Origin: Clostridia bacterium
Lineage (GTDB): Bacteria > Bacillota > Clostridia > TANB77 > CAG-508
Reading direction: 5' to 3'
DNA: 59,604 bases
Assembly: GCA_022798895.1 (NCBI GenBank)
Contig: JAAWNJ010000002.1
Coordinates: forward strand, 1-59,604
Shown: positions 10,341 to 19,059 of the stretch, piece by piece
How positions within the stretch are numbered: position 1 is the first letter of the stretch
Layout of the letters: each line of letters starts with the position of its first letter
Translations under genes and position numbers: made by a program
The notes under the pieces: generated by a model
The model's input: the letters and a program-made list of their open reading frames with translations, nothing else
The model's database searches: none
Told to the model about the DNA's origin: nothing

Positions 10341-10389
10341 TAGAAAAAATAAAAAATGGTCTATATAGATCATTTTTATTTTTTTATTT

Positions 10390-10430
10390 GCAACTGTAGC
10401 TTAGCTGGATAGAGCACTCGGCTACGAACC
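10390..10430 (+). pseudogene. 5' half of a tRNA-Arg(ACG)-like gene, truncated after the anticodon loop
   Basis: GCAACTG-TA-GCTTAGCTGGATAGAGC-A-CTCGG-CTACGAA-CC, then unrelated sequence. A degenerate T-arm-like GGTACGGGGGTTGGGAA lies at 10461-10477. Confidence 0.7.
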
Positions 10431-10489
10431 AAAATTGCATACACCAAATTTCCTTAGATGGTACGGGGGTTGGGAATTTTTCATTTTAT

Positions 10490-10512
10490 GCGTTCCCCAA
10501 AAGTTCCCCAAT
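10490..10512. repeat. GTTCCCCAA direct repeats (candidate integrase arm-type sites), left copy
   Basis: GCGTTCCCCAAAAGTTCCCCAAT. The same motif recurs at 55572-55609 and 55811-55832. Confidence 0.5.
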
Positions 10513-10574
10513 ACTATAAATTTTATTAATTATTTTTTCATTTTAGCATTCTTCTTTAAAATGAAAAAATATAT

Positions 10575-10651
10575 GCGTCTGTAGTTTAGCTGGATAAAAT
10601 GCGAGCCTACGAAGTTCGAGACCGGGGGTTCGAGTCCCTCCAGGCGCACCA
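10575..10651 (+). tRNA. tRNA-Arg (anticodon ACG)
   Basis: 77-nt cloverleaf: GCGTCTG acceptor, anticodon stem CGAGC/GTTCG, loop CT-ACG-AA, T-arm CGGGGGTTCGAGTCCCTCC, encoded CCA. Confidence 0.9.
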
Positions 10652-10653
10652 AG

Positions 10654-10681
10654 ATACACTTAGCGATAAGTGTATTTTTTT
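10654..10681. terminator. hairpin terminator shared by tRNA-Arg (+) and int (-)
   Basis: ATACACTTA-GCGA-TAAGTGTAT followed by T8. Confidence 0.6.
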
Positions 10682-12155
10682 AACCTGCTAACCTTTCTTC
10701 TGGCCTAATATCTTGTATCTTTAATAATTTTATCTTTCCAAAATACATATCACTTTCATTTATAAGTTGTTTTAATGTTTCTTCACCATTTTGTTTTATA
10801 TATAATTTAATCATCTCATTTTTCTTTCTTTCTCCTGTAATATGTATATAATATCTTCTTGTTGTTTCAAAATCTGAATGTCCCATAATGACATGAAGTA
10901 CTTCTGGTGGCATACCGAAAGTTGAGCACAATGTTGCAAATGAGTGTCTTAATCCATATACTGTTAAATGTTCTAAGTTATATTTTTTTATGAAATATGG
11001 CATTTTCCTAGTTAAATCCTGTGGAACAAAAGGATTTCCCTTTTCATTTAAGAAAATATAGTCATTTTCGTCCCATACTTTTCCTAATTTTTTGTATTCT
11101 TCCATTCTTTCAGCTTTTATCATCAGTAATAGCCTTTTTAATCTAGGGTGCATTGGTATATCTCTATAACTTTCAGGAGTTTTTAATTCACCATCGCCTC
11201 TTTTATGCCCTATTTTTTCCATGTTGTCGTCATAGATTTCCCAATCTTTATAAGCATTATGTATGTGAACAATATCATTTTCATAATCCATCGAAGTCCA
11301 TTTAAAACCGCATCCCTCTTCTGGCCTTGCTCCTGTTAATAATATCGTTTCATACAAATATGACGCTTGTCTTTTATCTTTTTCAAATATATCAAGCCAT
11401 ACTTCTTGTCTATCTTGCTCTAAATGTTCAATCTCAATTCCCAATGACTTTTTATCATTATAAATTTCAATCTTTTCTGCTGGATTGTCTTTCCTTAGTT
11501 TTTCTTTTATAACTACATCAAAAGACATTTTTAAAACAAGCTTAATATCTTTTAAATACTTAGTTGAACAATCTAATGTTTCAAGTTTATCTTCAATTTC
11601 TTCTTGCGTAATAGTAATTGCATTCATTTCACCAAAAATTGGAATTACTTGTGCATCTGCCACTCCTTTATAAAAAGTAACTGTTTTTGGACTTAATTTC
11701 TTTTTCTTTCGTGTCCCCTTTTTCTCAGACTGCCTCTTTTTTTGCTTTAACATTTTTTGCACAAATGCATATATAGATTCTTTTCCTATTTTGTATTCTT
11801 TTTGTTTTGATTTTTGGTTTAATTGTAGCTGATTTTTCTTAATGCAATCCATATATTCGTCAAATTTTTCCAATTCTGCCTGACATTCTGGACTAAAAAC
11901 TTGCCTATTGGCTAACTGATAGTTTTTTTGCACCTCTATATAAGTTAATAAAATCGCTTCTGCTAATCTTTTTTTTGCTATTTCTTCTGTACTACCATAT
12001 CTACTTAATCTTGGATTTGATACTCCTGCAATATTTAATTGTAGAGTAACTCGAGCCTCCTTTCCATTTTTTTTATTTCTTACATGTACCTGCCCTTTCT
12101 TGCCATATTCCGTTTCCTTTTCCATTTTTGTTTTAGCAGTTTTTACCCTTTCCAT
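10680..12155 (-). CDS. int: tyrosine-type site-specific integrase
   Basis: 491 aa. C-terminal catalytic domain with ...GARPEE...HGLRHSFAT...MGHSDFETTRRYYIH (R..HxxR..Y). Adjacent to tRNA-Arg. Confidence 0.9.
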   Translation of the reverse strand: MERVKTAKTKMEKETEYGKKGQVHVRNKKNGKEARVTLQLNIAGVSNPRLSRYGSTEEIAKKRLAEAILLTYIEVQKNYQLANRQVFSPECQAELEKFDEYMDCIKKNQLQLNQKSKQKEYKIGKESIYAFVQKMLKQKKRQSEKKGTRKKKKLSPKTVTFYKGVADAQVIPIFGEMNAITITQEEIEDKLETLDCSTKYLKDIKLVLKMSFDVVIKEKLRKDNPAEKIEIYNDKKSLGIEIEHLEQDRQEVWLDIFEKDKRQASYLYETILLTGARPEEGCGFKWTSMDYENDIVHIHNAYKDWEIYDDNMEKIGHKRGDGELKTPESYRDIPMHPRLKRLLLMIKAERMEEYKKLGKVWDENDYIFLNEKGNPFVPQDLTRKMPYFIKKYNLEHLTVYGLRHSFATLCSTFGMPPEVLHVIMGHSDFETTRRYYIHITGERKKNEMIKLYIKQNGEETLKQLINESDMYFGKIKLLKIQDIRPEERLAG

Positions 12156-12271
12156 TCTTTCCTCCTATCATAAAGAGGTATAATAAAAGTAAGTAAAAAT
12201 AAGGACTATAAGTCTATTAAATTTACTTACATTTTACTACATTTTGTTACCTAAAATCAATGTTAAACCAA

Positions 12272-12484
12272 TTAATATGTATATTTTCCATAACTACTAG
12301 CAAACCACTTTGGCAATGCTTCTTTATCTATAATAATTTTCCTTTTTAGTCTAATCGCTGGAAATCCCTCCATTTTTACAAATTCTAGCATTATATTTCT
12401 TCCCACACCTAATAATTTTGCTGCTTCATTTACAGTAATACCTATTTTTTCATCATCTTCTTCATTCACAAGCATCACTTCCAT
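12272..12484 (-). CDS. xis: excisionase-family DNA-binding protein
   Basis: 70 aa, ITVNEAAKLLGVGRNIMLEFVKMEGFPAIRLKRKIIIDKEALPKWF (MerR/Xis-type HTH). Immediately upstream of int. Confidence 0.7.
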   Translation of the reverse strand: MEVMLVNEEDDEKIGITVNEAAKLLGVGRNIMLEFVKMEGFPAIRLKRKIIIDKEALPKWFASSYGKYTY

Positions 12485-12680
12485 TTTTCATATTTTGCAA
12501 TTTCTTTCTTGCAACAGCTTGTGATTCTGCTATATTTTGAACAATATCACGAGGATATAACTTAAAAGATTGTTTCATTTCTATACCTAATGTTTCAGGA
12601 GTAATCTTTCCAGTATATTTTGAACTTTGCATATAGTCTAATGTAATTTGTGCATAGGCAACTGCTTCTTTTTTATTCAT
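12462..12680 (-). CDS. hypothetical protein
   Basis: 72-aa ORF in the int-proximal operon, overlapping its neighbours by a few codons. Confidence 0.4.
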   Translation of the reverse strand: MNKKEAVAYAQITLDYMQSSKYTGKITPETLGIEMKQSFKLYPRDIVQNIAESQAVARKKLQNMKNGSDACE

Positions 12681-12918
12681 TCATAGCACCTCCAGCATAT
12701 TTTTCAAATAGTTCAATAATATTATCTAAACTAATTAATGCTTCTTTGGAAAGTTCTACTTTACATTGTTGTATATATGAATAGTCCTTCTTTAATCTAA
12801 TAGATAATTCTAATGTTTGATCGTCATTTGCTATATAAGTAATTTGTGCATATACTTTTTCTTGCTTTGCATTCAGTAAGTTGGCTAGTTTGAATATTTT
12901 TAACAATTTTTCTTCCAT
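12673..12918 (-). CDS. hypothetical protein
   Basis: 81-aa ORF, same operon. Confidence 0.4.
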   Translation of the reverse strand: MEEKLLKIFKLANLLNAKQEKVYAQITYIANDDQTLELSIRLKKDYSYIQQCKVELSKEALISLDNIIELFEKYAGGAMNE

Positions 12919-12929
12919 ATTTATACCTA

Positions 12930-13346
12930 TTACCTTTCCTTTATATATTTTGGTATAGCATACGAGCGACCAAGATTTTCGTCAAACTCATATCGCCTTT
13001 TTGAAGGGTTGTAATGGTAGGCACTAATATTGAATTTTCGATAATTTTCATTTGATAAATGACCACTCTTTGATAACTCTCTACTTGCTTGTCTATGTTG
13101 CTCTTGAACAAATGAATAATTATCTTCAATTCGTTTATTTTCTCTTTTTGCTTTTATAAACTGGTTTTGAGCATTTTTTCTATTTTTACTCGATGTTTCC
13201 TTTCTTTTTTCTTTCTCCTTGTTGTACCTATTATCTTGTTTTATAACTTTTGTTATGTATGCTGAAGAAACATTTTCTTTCTCAGCTATTTCTTTTATCT
13301 TTAAATGCTCATTAAAAAATAAATCAATGATATTTTCTTTTGACAT
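12930..13346 (-). CDS. HTH (sigma-70 region-4-like) DNA-binding protein
   Basis: N-terminal LKIKEIAEKENVSSAYITKVIK HTH, followed by a basic K/R-rich segment. Confidence 0.5.
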   Translation of the reverse strand: MSKENIIDLFFNEHLKIKEIAEKENVSSAYITKVIKQDNRYNKEKEKRKETSSKNRKNAQNQFIKAKRENKRIEDNYSFVQEQHRQASRELSKSGHLSNENYRKFNISAYHYNPSKRRYEFDENLGRSYAIPKYIKER

Positions 13347-13413
13347 TTTAATTACCTTTGTTTGGTTAATTTTTTGTCGACACTTTTTGGATACGACAAT
13401 ACTATTAGAAACC

Positions 13414-13596
13414 TTATTTGATTTCTAATTCTTCCATCATTCTTTTATATTTTTTTTGTCTTAGTTTTTGTATTTTCTTTTCTCTATGAAGTCTATATTT
13501 CAATTTTAGCTTTGGAATAAGAAATTCAAATAGAAAAAAGACTGTAGCAAGGGATATTATGAGTAATACTAATCTAAAAAATAACTCCATTCTCAC
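13414..13596 (-). CDS. small membrane protein
   Basis: 60 aa. One hydrophobic helix followed by a K/R-rich tail. Confidence 0.35.
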   Translation of the reverse strand: MRMELFFRLVLLIISLATVFFLFEFLIPKLKLKYRLHREKKIQKLRQKKYKRMMEELEIK

Positions 13597-13737
13597 TAAC
13601 TCCTTTCCTTTAATAAAATAGGGAAAGCAAGTAAGAGCTTGTCTTACCTGCTTTTATAATATAGTGTCCCTTAAATTTGCCCTTCACTATATATACATTG
13701 AAATTATCAGAAAAATTCTCCCCTATTTTTGAAAAAA

Positions 13738-13866
13738 TTTTTAAAATTTATAATTTTTTATTCCCTCTAATATTTTTAGTATTATATATTGGTATCTATC
13801 TTCATCCTTGTAACTGTACTTCTTGATTAAATTTTTCTTTCTCTCAATTATTTCTAATGCAGCCAT
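13738..13866 (-). CDS. small hypothetical protein (position like Tn916 orf8)
   Basis: GGGGAATGAA RBS then ATG at 13866: MAALEIIERKKNLIKKYSYKDEDRYQYIILKILEGIKNYKF. Directly downstream of the sigma-like gene. Confidence 0.3.
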
Positions 13867-13909
13867 TTCATTCCCCTTTTGTGCTAACTCTCCTAATTCA
13901 TATAAACTT

Positions 13910-14299
13910 TTATTTCTCATCTTCCAATGCTCCCTTCATTTTTTTCTTTAGCTTGTTAATTGCTCTTATTTTAATTTTACTAACAGTCTTGGAATATACT
14001 TTCAAAATCTTAGCTGCTTCATTCTGTGTAAGTTCTTCATAAAAGAGCAAAAAAATCACCGTCTGCTCAATAGCAGTCAGTGACTTTAAGACATTATTTA
14101 GTTCTAAAATATTTTCTACTTTTTCAAGGTCAAAAAGGGCGTCGTCTAGGGCAATTTCTTCGTAATCATTCATTTCGCCTATTTTTTCTTTATTGCTAAT
14201 ACTCATTTGCTTTTTGAAATATTCTTTTGATGAAAATATGATAATTTTATTTAGGTAACTATCAAACCTTTCTTCTTGGAAATCATTTTTGTTTCCCAT
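13910..14299 (-). CDS. sigma-70 region-4 family regulator (Tn916 orf7-like)
   Basis: GGGAGGA RBS before MGNKNDF. C-terminal LTAIEQTVIFLLFYEELTQNEAAKILKVYSKTVSKIKIRAINKLKK. Confidence 0.65.
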   Translation of the reverse strand: MGNKNDFQEERFDSYLNKIIIFSSKEYFKKQMSISNKEKIGEMNDYEEIALDDALFDLEKVENILELNNVLKSLTAIEQTVIFLLFYEELTQNEAAKILKVYSKTVSKIKIRAINKLKKKMKGALEDEK

Positions 14300-14565
14300 A
14301 AGTATTCCTCCCAAATTAAATTTGGGCTTAACATCGCTGTTAAGTGGAACACATAAAAAAACAAAACCTCCTTTACCTCATGGATTTTAATTCTTTCATA
14401 TTCATATAAGAATAGGGCCTAATAGTCCTGTAAGTCTTCTTCAGTAACTTTATATACTTTTCTTTCGTATATATTCTACTTGAACAGGTAAATATTAAGC
14501 CCTACGCGTAATATACACCTAATCAATTAAAAAGTCGGTCGAAAAATGTCGCCTATTTTGTCAAT

Positions 14566-14579
14566 AAATGTCGACATTT
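14566..14579. promoter_or_regulatory. perfect 14-bp palindrome AAATGTCGACATTT (candidate operator)
   Basis: Lies in the divergent region between the sigma-like and XRE genes. The TGTCGACA core recurs at 13375-13382, upstream of the 12930..13346 gene. Confidence 0.4.
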
Positions 14580-14630
14580 GTTTCGAGTAGTCCTATACCC
14601 TTTTTTTTCAATTTATCTGGTTTTCCGACA

Positions 14631-14644
14631 TACTTTGCAAAGTA
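14631..14644. promoter_or_regulatory. perfect 14-bp palindrome TACTTTGCAAAGTA (candidate XRE operator overlapping its promoter)
   Basis: Half-site TGCAAAGTA is repeated at 14704-14712, just before the XRE gene RBS. Confidence 0.45.
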
Positions 14645-14730
14645 CATTTTTTTACATATACAAGGAATATTATGTTTTTGAAAAAGAATGTAAAATATAC
14701 CTATGCAAAGTACGAAAGGGGTAATCTTCT

Positions 14731-15084
14731 ATGGCACTAGATAAATTTTTAGTAGGAGAAAGAATAAGAAAAATTAGGGAAGAAATGTTTGAAGAGACTA
14801 GGGAAAAATTTGCAAAAAGGTGCGATTTAACTGAAAGACATATTGGTCAATTAGAGCGAGGAGATTTTTTGCCTGGTATTCAAACTCTAGATAAAATATC
14901 TAGTTTTACTGGAATAGATGTAGATTATATTCTATATGGAAAAGAAGAATGTAATAAATTGCAAATGAAACAAAACTTACATAACATTATTGATAGAGCA
15001 GATAAGGACGAAATTCAAATGTTATATAGAAATATTTGCACAATACGAAGTTATGTAAGTAAAAAGACAGAAAAGAGGATTTAA
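14731..15084 (+). CDS. XRE-family HTH transcriptional regulator (Tn916 orf9-like)
   Basis: 117 aa, FAKRCDLTERHIGQLERGDFLPGIQTLDKISSFTGIDVDYIL. Divergent from the sigma/xis/int operon. Confidence 0.8.
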   Translation: MALDKFLVGERIRKIREEMFEETREKFAKRCDLTERHIGQLERGDFLPGIQTLDKISSFTGIDVDYILYGKEECNKLQMKQNLHNIIDRADKDEIQMLYRNICTIRSYVSKKTEKRI

Positions 15085-15102
15085 AAAAAGGGTTAGAAAA
15101 TT

Positions 15103-15258
15103 CTAACTCCTTTTATTTATTAAATTCATTCCTTGTGCTATATATTTGTCTAACAATTTACTTTGCTTCAGTATTTTTTCAGGCTCTGCATTCTGTTCAA
15201 TTAATTTTGAAAGTTTAGAACGATTCTTAAAGATTAAAAGTCCAAGTTTAAAATCCAT
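15103..15258 (-). CDS. Spo0E-like small regulatory protein
   Basis: AGGGAG RBS then ATG at 15258: MDFKLGLLIFKNRSKLSKLIEQNAEPEKILKQSKLLDKYIAQGMNLINKRS, matching the Spo0E pattern (...IL..S..LD..I). Below the ORF-track size cut-off. Confidence 0.45.
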   Translation of the reverse strand: MDFKLGLLIFKNRSKLSKLIEQNAEPEKILKQSKLLDKYIAQGMNLINKRS

Positions 15259-15450
15259 AAAAACCAACTCCCTTCTTATTTTTAATTATATCAGATATTC
15301 CCTAAAAAGTCTGTCGGAATTTGTCAGTTACAAAAAAAAGTTAATTTTATAGCTTTTTTTGACGGTTTATGTTATAATAGCAAGTAAAATACTACTATTA
15401 AGTTACTACTATAAGCAAATTAAAAAGTGAAGGGTTAATTGGTTGTAAAA

Positions 15451-16011
15451 ATGAATAAGAGTAAGAAAATAATTATTTGGATTTTAATTTTAGTATCGAT
15501 TATAGTTATTGGTGTAATTTTTGCACCTAAGTTAATTGAAAACAATGAATTTTTCAAGTTCATAGCTAAAGATACTAATTCTAATTCAGTTGAAACAGTA
15601 AATCACGAAAAAAATAAGCAAAATTATTCTAAAGTGATTGATAATATTAAATTGGAATTAAATATTCCAAATGAGTGGAAATATGAAGAAATACCTAAAA
15701 ATGAAGAAAACGATTTTTATAAATATGCTTTAAAACTATATAAAAGCAATGAAAATCAATATGCAATGTTATATTTTTATAATAATCAATTTAGTGTTTG
15801 TGGTACAGGAAGAACTTTAAAAAACGTAAATCTAAATAATGGTAAAGAAATGTCTATTGGGTATTATGACGGAAAAAAAGACTGGAGCGACATTTCATTT
15901 AATAATATAAATAAAAACATAGCAGTTATGAATTATGGTTTAACAGATGCCGATGCTAATGAGGTAATACAATTTATTAAAACAATACACATTATTGAAA
16001 ATAATTTATAA
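15451..16011 (+). CDS. membrane-anchored hypothetical protein
   Basis: MNKSKKIIIWILILVSIIVIGVIF signal/anchor, then a globular domain with no recognisable motif. Confidence 0.5.
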   Translation: MNKSKKIIIWILILVSIIVIGVIFAPKLIENNEFFKFIAKDTNSNSVETVNHEKNKQNYSKVIDNIKLELNIPNEWKYEEIPKNEENDFYKYALKLYKSNENQYAMLYFYNNQFSVCGTGRTLKNVNLNNGKEMSIGYYDGKKDWSDISFNNINKNIAVMNYGLTDADANEVIQFIKTIHIIENNL

Positions 16012-16062
16012 GTAATTGCAAAATGTAAGTTATCAGTTAGAAATAGTAGGTATGCCAACCTA

Positions 16063-16371
16063 CTATTTTCTAATTTTTTCCATATTATTTTTTAAATATT
16101 CTTGGATTTTCTCAATAGATTTTTTGTGCATTTTCTTAATCTTCTCAATATCTATATTTTGATATTTCATAGTATCGGCAATTAGTGCTTGTACTTCCTC
16201 TTCAGTCATCATAAAAAAGTCCAAAAATGCTATTTTAAAAATCAATTCTATATAACTATTCTCCCCTATTTCTCTTCTTTCTGCGTTTATTTGCTTCACT
16301 ATTTTATCAAATTTCTTTTTTCCATGTTTTTCTAAAAATAGTTTATTAAAATACATATCGAAAAAATCCAT
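16063..16371 (-). CDS. hypothetical protein
   Basis: AAAGGAAG RBS before MDFFDMYFNKLF... at 16371. Confidence 0.4.
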   Translation of the reverse strand: MDFFDMYFNKLFLEKHGKKKFDKIVKQINAERREIGENSYIELIFKIAFLDFFMMTEEEVQALIADTMKYQNIDIEKIKKMHKKSIEKIQEYLKNNMEKIRK

Positions 16372-16562
16372 TATATCGCTTCCTTTTACATATATACTAT
16401 AACACTTTCTTACCAAGTAGTACCTTTTTATTTTACCAAAAGTCATTTTTTACATACATAAAATCACAAAAATCTGTTGTAAATCAATAAAAAAAAATTT
16501 TTTAGTGTGTTTATTGAAATTCGGTTGTATTCTATGTAAAATGTATTTGTGTATAAGATTAT

Positions 16563-16774
16563 GTTATAGCTTTTTTACTATAACTACCCATAAAGTCAGT
16601 CACTTTATGGCATAGCTGCTAAAATTTTTAGTTAGCAGTAGTACATCTACATTTTAAATGTAGCATATTATTGGGATTTACGGTAAAATAAATATATAGA
16701 TTATTTGTTGTGCCTTGAAAAATAAGAAAGTAGTATCTTGTTAAGTCCACCCCTAACTTAGCGATATTACTTTC
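16563..16774 (+). promoter_or_regulatory. cluster of five stem-loops in a 400-bp intergenic region (candidate oriT / ssDNA promoter / attenuator)
   Basis: Hairpins at 16563-16584, 16588-16610 (9-bp stem), 16616-16638 and 16647-16663. A long one at 16726-16774 (GAAAGTAGTATC / GATATTACTTTC) is followed by a T-tract. All lie just upstream of the plus-strand gene block. Confidence 0.35.
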
Positions 16775-16855
16775 TCTTTTTGTTCCCAAAATCAAAGGAA
16801 AGGAGGATTAATCAAGAATCTTTTACACAAAAATTTGAAAGGAGATTTTGAAATT

Positions 16856-17219
16856 ATGAAAAATGGTTTTGATTTTGAAATGTATGGAGAAATATTCAGA
16901 AATTGTTTTATCTTTGTTTCAAGATATGCCAATCGGTAATTTACAATTAAGTTTATTTGGAACTGATCCAAAAACAAATCAAACAGCACATTTTGCCGAC
17001 ATTACTTTAGACCAAAATAATAAGAAATTAAAAGAAAATGAAATTGTAGTAAATTGCTTATACAGACCAGCTTTAATACCACAATTATTAGAATTAGGTA
17101 TCTTAAAAAAGCAGACTGGCATCTGTGTTGTTAATTTCACAATGTACCCTGTTTATACTGTCGATTTTTCAAAAATCAATTCTAGGCAGTATAGTGAGCA
17201 AGAATTGCTTGTCGCATAG
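16856..17219 (+). CDS. DUF4313-family protein; needs +1 at CGG 16934-16936
   Basis: AGGAG RBS then ATG 16856. MKNGFDFEMYGEIFRNCFIFVSRYAN-CGG-TAA in frame 0. Skipping C16934 gives ...SRYANGNLQLSLFGTDPKTNQTAHFADITL..., the YANNGNL-type core of DUF4313. Confidence 0.7.
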
Positions 17220-17233
17220 AAAGGATGGTAAAA

Positions 17234-18397
17234 ATGAATACAACTCAAACCTATGTTAAAATGCCTGTAATTGGTAAAGTACAACACGGCGAAAAACTTA
17301 TAACTGATGATGGAAAGCAAAGAACCGTAGACTATGGCTATTTCATTGCAAAAATTCAAGAAGCGAATATGCAACAATACTTAGATAAGTTCAATACTCT
17401 AATAAAAGGCTCTAAAAGTATCGACATTCAATTTCTTGACGATAACCCTTTGTCGGTTAGGCAAGAAAGGGCTAATCAAAGTGGAACAGTTTGTTATTGT
17501 ATGGAAGGGCAGAGTAAAGGAAAACAAAAGATTAAAAATTTATGGCAAGATATTGAGTGTAAGTCAGATTGTACATACTTACAAAAAGATACATATGGTA
17601 AATCACCTTGTAAACGTATTGCCTGGTTAAAGTTCCTTATTCCTCAAATAGCATTAGACCGAATTTGGCTAATGAAAATAACCGGTCAAGAGGCAATCGA
17701 TAATTTACAGTCATATATTAGCTTTCAATACTTACAAGGAAACTCATTAAAAAATAATATTTATACTATATTTCTAACTCAAAAGGAACAAATAGATAGT
17801 TTAGGCAAAATTCATAATAATTATGTTTTAGATATCATACAAAAATCAGATTTTATTTCTCACCCTCCAATTTCAAATAATTCTCAAGACCCCCAAAAGC
17901 CTATCATTAATAATGACAAAACACCAACTAATACTACACAAAAAACAAGCAAGCAATCTAACAGTTCTAAAGAAAAACAATCTCAAGGAACTACCACAAC
18001 TACTAAAAGTTCTAGTACACCAGTTAAAAAAGAAGAAAAAAAAGAAACTACATCTCAGAAATCAGCTAGCAAAAAAGAAACTACAAGCAAGCCTAAATCT
18101 TCTAATCAAAAAAAAGCAGAAGAAAGCAACCAAGAAACTACAAGTGAGTATGATAATTGCTATGTGTTATTAAGCACTAGCACTGAAAAGATACAAAACA
18201 AAGAATATTTTGTAGCTGAATTTGTAGATATGCAAGATAAGACTTTAAAAGTTGCAATTCACCCTAACTTTGTAACCGAACTTTCTGAGTGTGAACTTGG
18301 AACAGTAGTAAAATTAGACATTCAAGAAGTACAACAAACAAACTTTGCAGTTGGATTAGAATTTGTTGAAAAACATACAAAAAAAGTAGCAGCATAA
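17234..18397 (+). CDS. hypothetical protein with Cys-rich N-domain and S/T/K-rich low-complexity linker
   Basis: 390-aa ORF. CYCMEG...C.SDC...C cluster, then ~110 aa of TTQKTSKQSNSSKEK... repeats. C-terminus ...KKVAA. Confidence 0.5.
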   Translation: MNTTQTYVKMPVIGKVQHGEKLITDDGKQRTVDYGYFIAKIQEANMQQYLDKFNTLIKGSKSIDIQFLDDNPLSVRQERANQSGTVCYCMEGQSKGKQKIKNLWQDIECKSDCTYLQKDTYGKSPCKRIAWLKFLIPQIALDRIWLMKITGQEAIDNLQSYISFQYLQGNSLKNNIYTIFLTQKEQIDSLGKIHNNYVLDIIQKSDFISHPPISNNSQDPQKPIINNDKTPTNTTQKTSKQSNSSKEKQSQGTTTTTKSSSTPVKKEEKKETTSQKSASKKETTSKPKSSNQKKAEESNQETTSEYDNCYVLLSTSTEKIQNKEYFVAEFVDMQDKTLKVAIHPNFVTELSECELGTVVKLDIQEVQQTNFAVGLEFVEKHTKKVAA

Positions 18398-18499
18398 GAA
18401 AATAAGGTGTCTATGCTACTACATAAAATTAATTATAATATTTATATACTAAATAATTGATAAAGTCAATATTTTTAGAAAATTAGAAAGGAGTTTTTT

Positions 18500-18868
18500 A
18501 TGGAAACATTTACATATAAAAATTATCAAAACTGTTATTTTACAGTTGGAAGCTATGTAGCTGACACAACAGCTATGGCAATATCTATTGTTAATGACGA
18601 AGATGGTCTAATTTCAACTTGTACAATATATGATGAATTTGGTTTTTATGCTTCTAATTCTATAACTGTAAAAAATTATTCAGAAAATTCACATATGACA
18701 GACTTTTTAAAAAGCTTAGGAGTAGTTATTGACACTATTGATAGACGTCCTTGTAATAGAAAAGTAGGCCATACATTATATAGTGAAAATCCACAAACAA
18801 TTGATACTTGTATTATAAATAAAGATATTCTAAAAAGATATTGTAAGGAGTGGAATTACAATGTTTAG
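18500..18868 (+). CDS. DUF4313-like protein (paralogue of 16856..17219)
   Basis: 122 aa, ...YFTVGSYVADTTAMAISIVNDEDGLISTCTI...VKNYSENSHMTDFLKSLGVV. Confidence 0.5.
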   Translation: METFTYKNYQNCYFTVGSYVADTTAMAISIVNDEDGLISTCTIYDEFGFYASNSITVKNYSENSHMTDFLKSLGVVIDTIDRRPCNRKVGHTLYSENPQTIDTCIINKDILKRYCKEWNYNV

Positions 18869-19055
18869 TCAATTTCCTATTGGAAAAAAAGTTTTAGTAA
18901 CTGGTATTGGAAAAAACAAAGGCACAAAATATCTAAACAATATTGGAATTGTAATATGTCGTGATCCTTACTACCACGATTATAATATTCAATTTGAAGA
19001 TACTTCGGAAGATTGGCTTAATGTAAATTGCCTAAAAAATTATGAAGGAGGATAA
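18861..19055 (+). CDS. small hypothetical protein
   Basis: 64-aa ORF, translationally coupled to its neighbours. Confidence 0.4.
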   Translation: MFSQFPIGKKVLVTGIGKNKGTKYLNNIGIVICRDPYYHDYNIQFEDTSEDWLNVNCLKNYEGG

Positions 19056-19059
19056 TATT

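Noticed and set aside
10095-10373. 92-aa minus-strand ORF across the tRNA-Pro region
   Set aside because: It is antisense to a well-formed tRNA-Pro and its promoter, and its GC-rich 'RRQGSNLRP' stretch is simply the tRNA complement.
10461-10477. 3' half of the truncated tRNA (possible split or intron-containing tRNA)
   Set aside because: GGTACGGGGGTTGGGAA resembles a T-arm 5' strand, but no complementary 3' strand, acceptor strand or CCA follows. It is treated as a degenerate remnant.
15146-15352. 68-aa plus-strand ORF downstream of the XRE gene
   Set aside because: It has no RBS. The opposite strand encodes a Spo0E-like 51-aa protein with a proper RBS (15103-15258).
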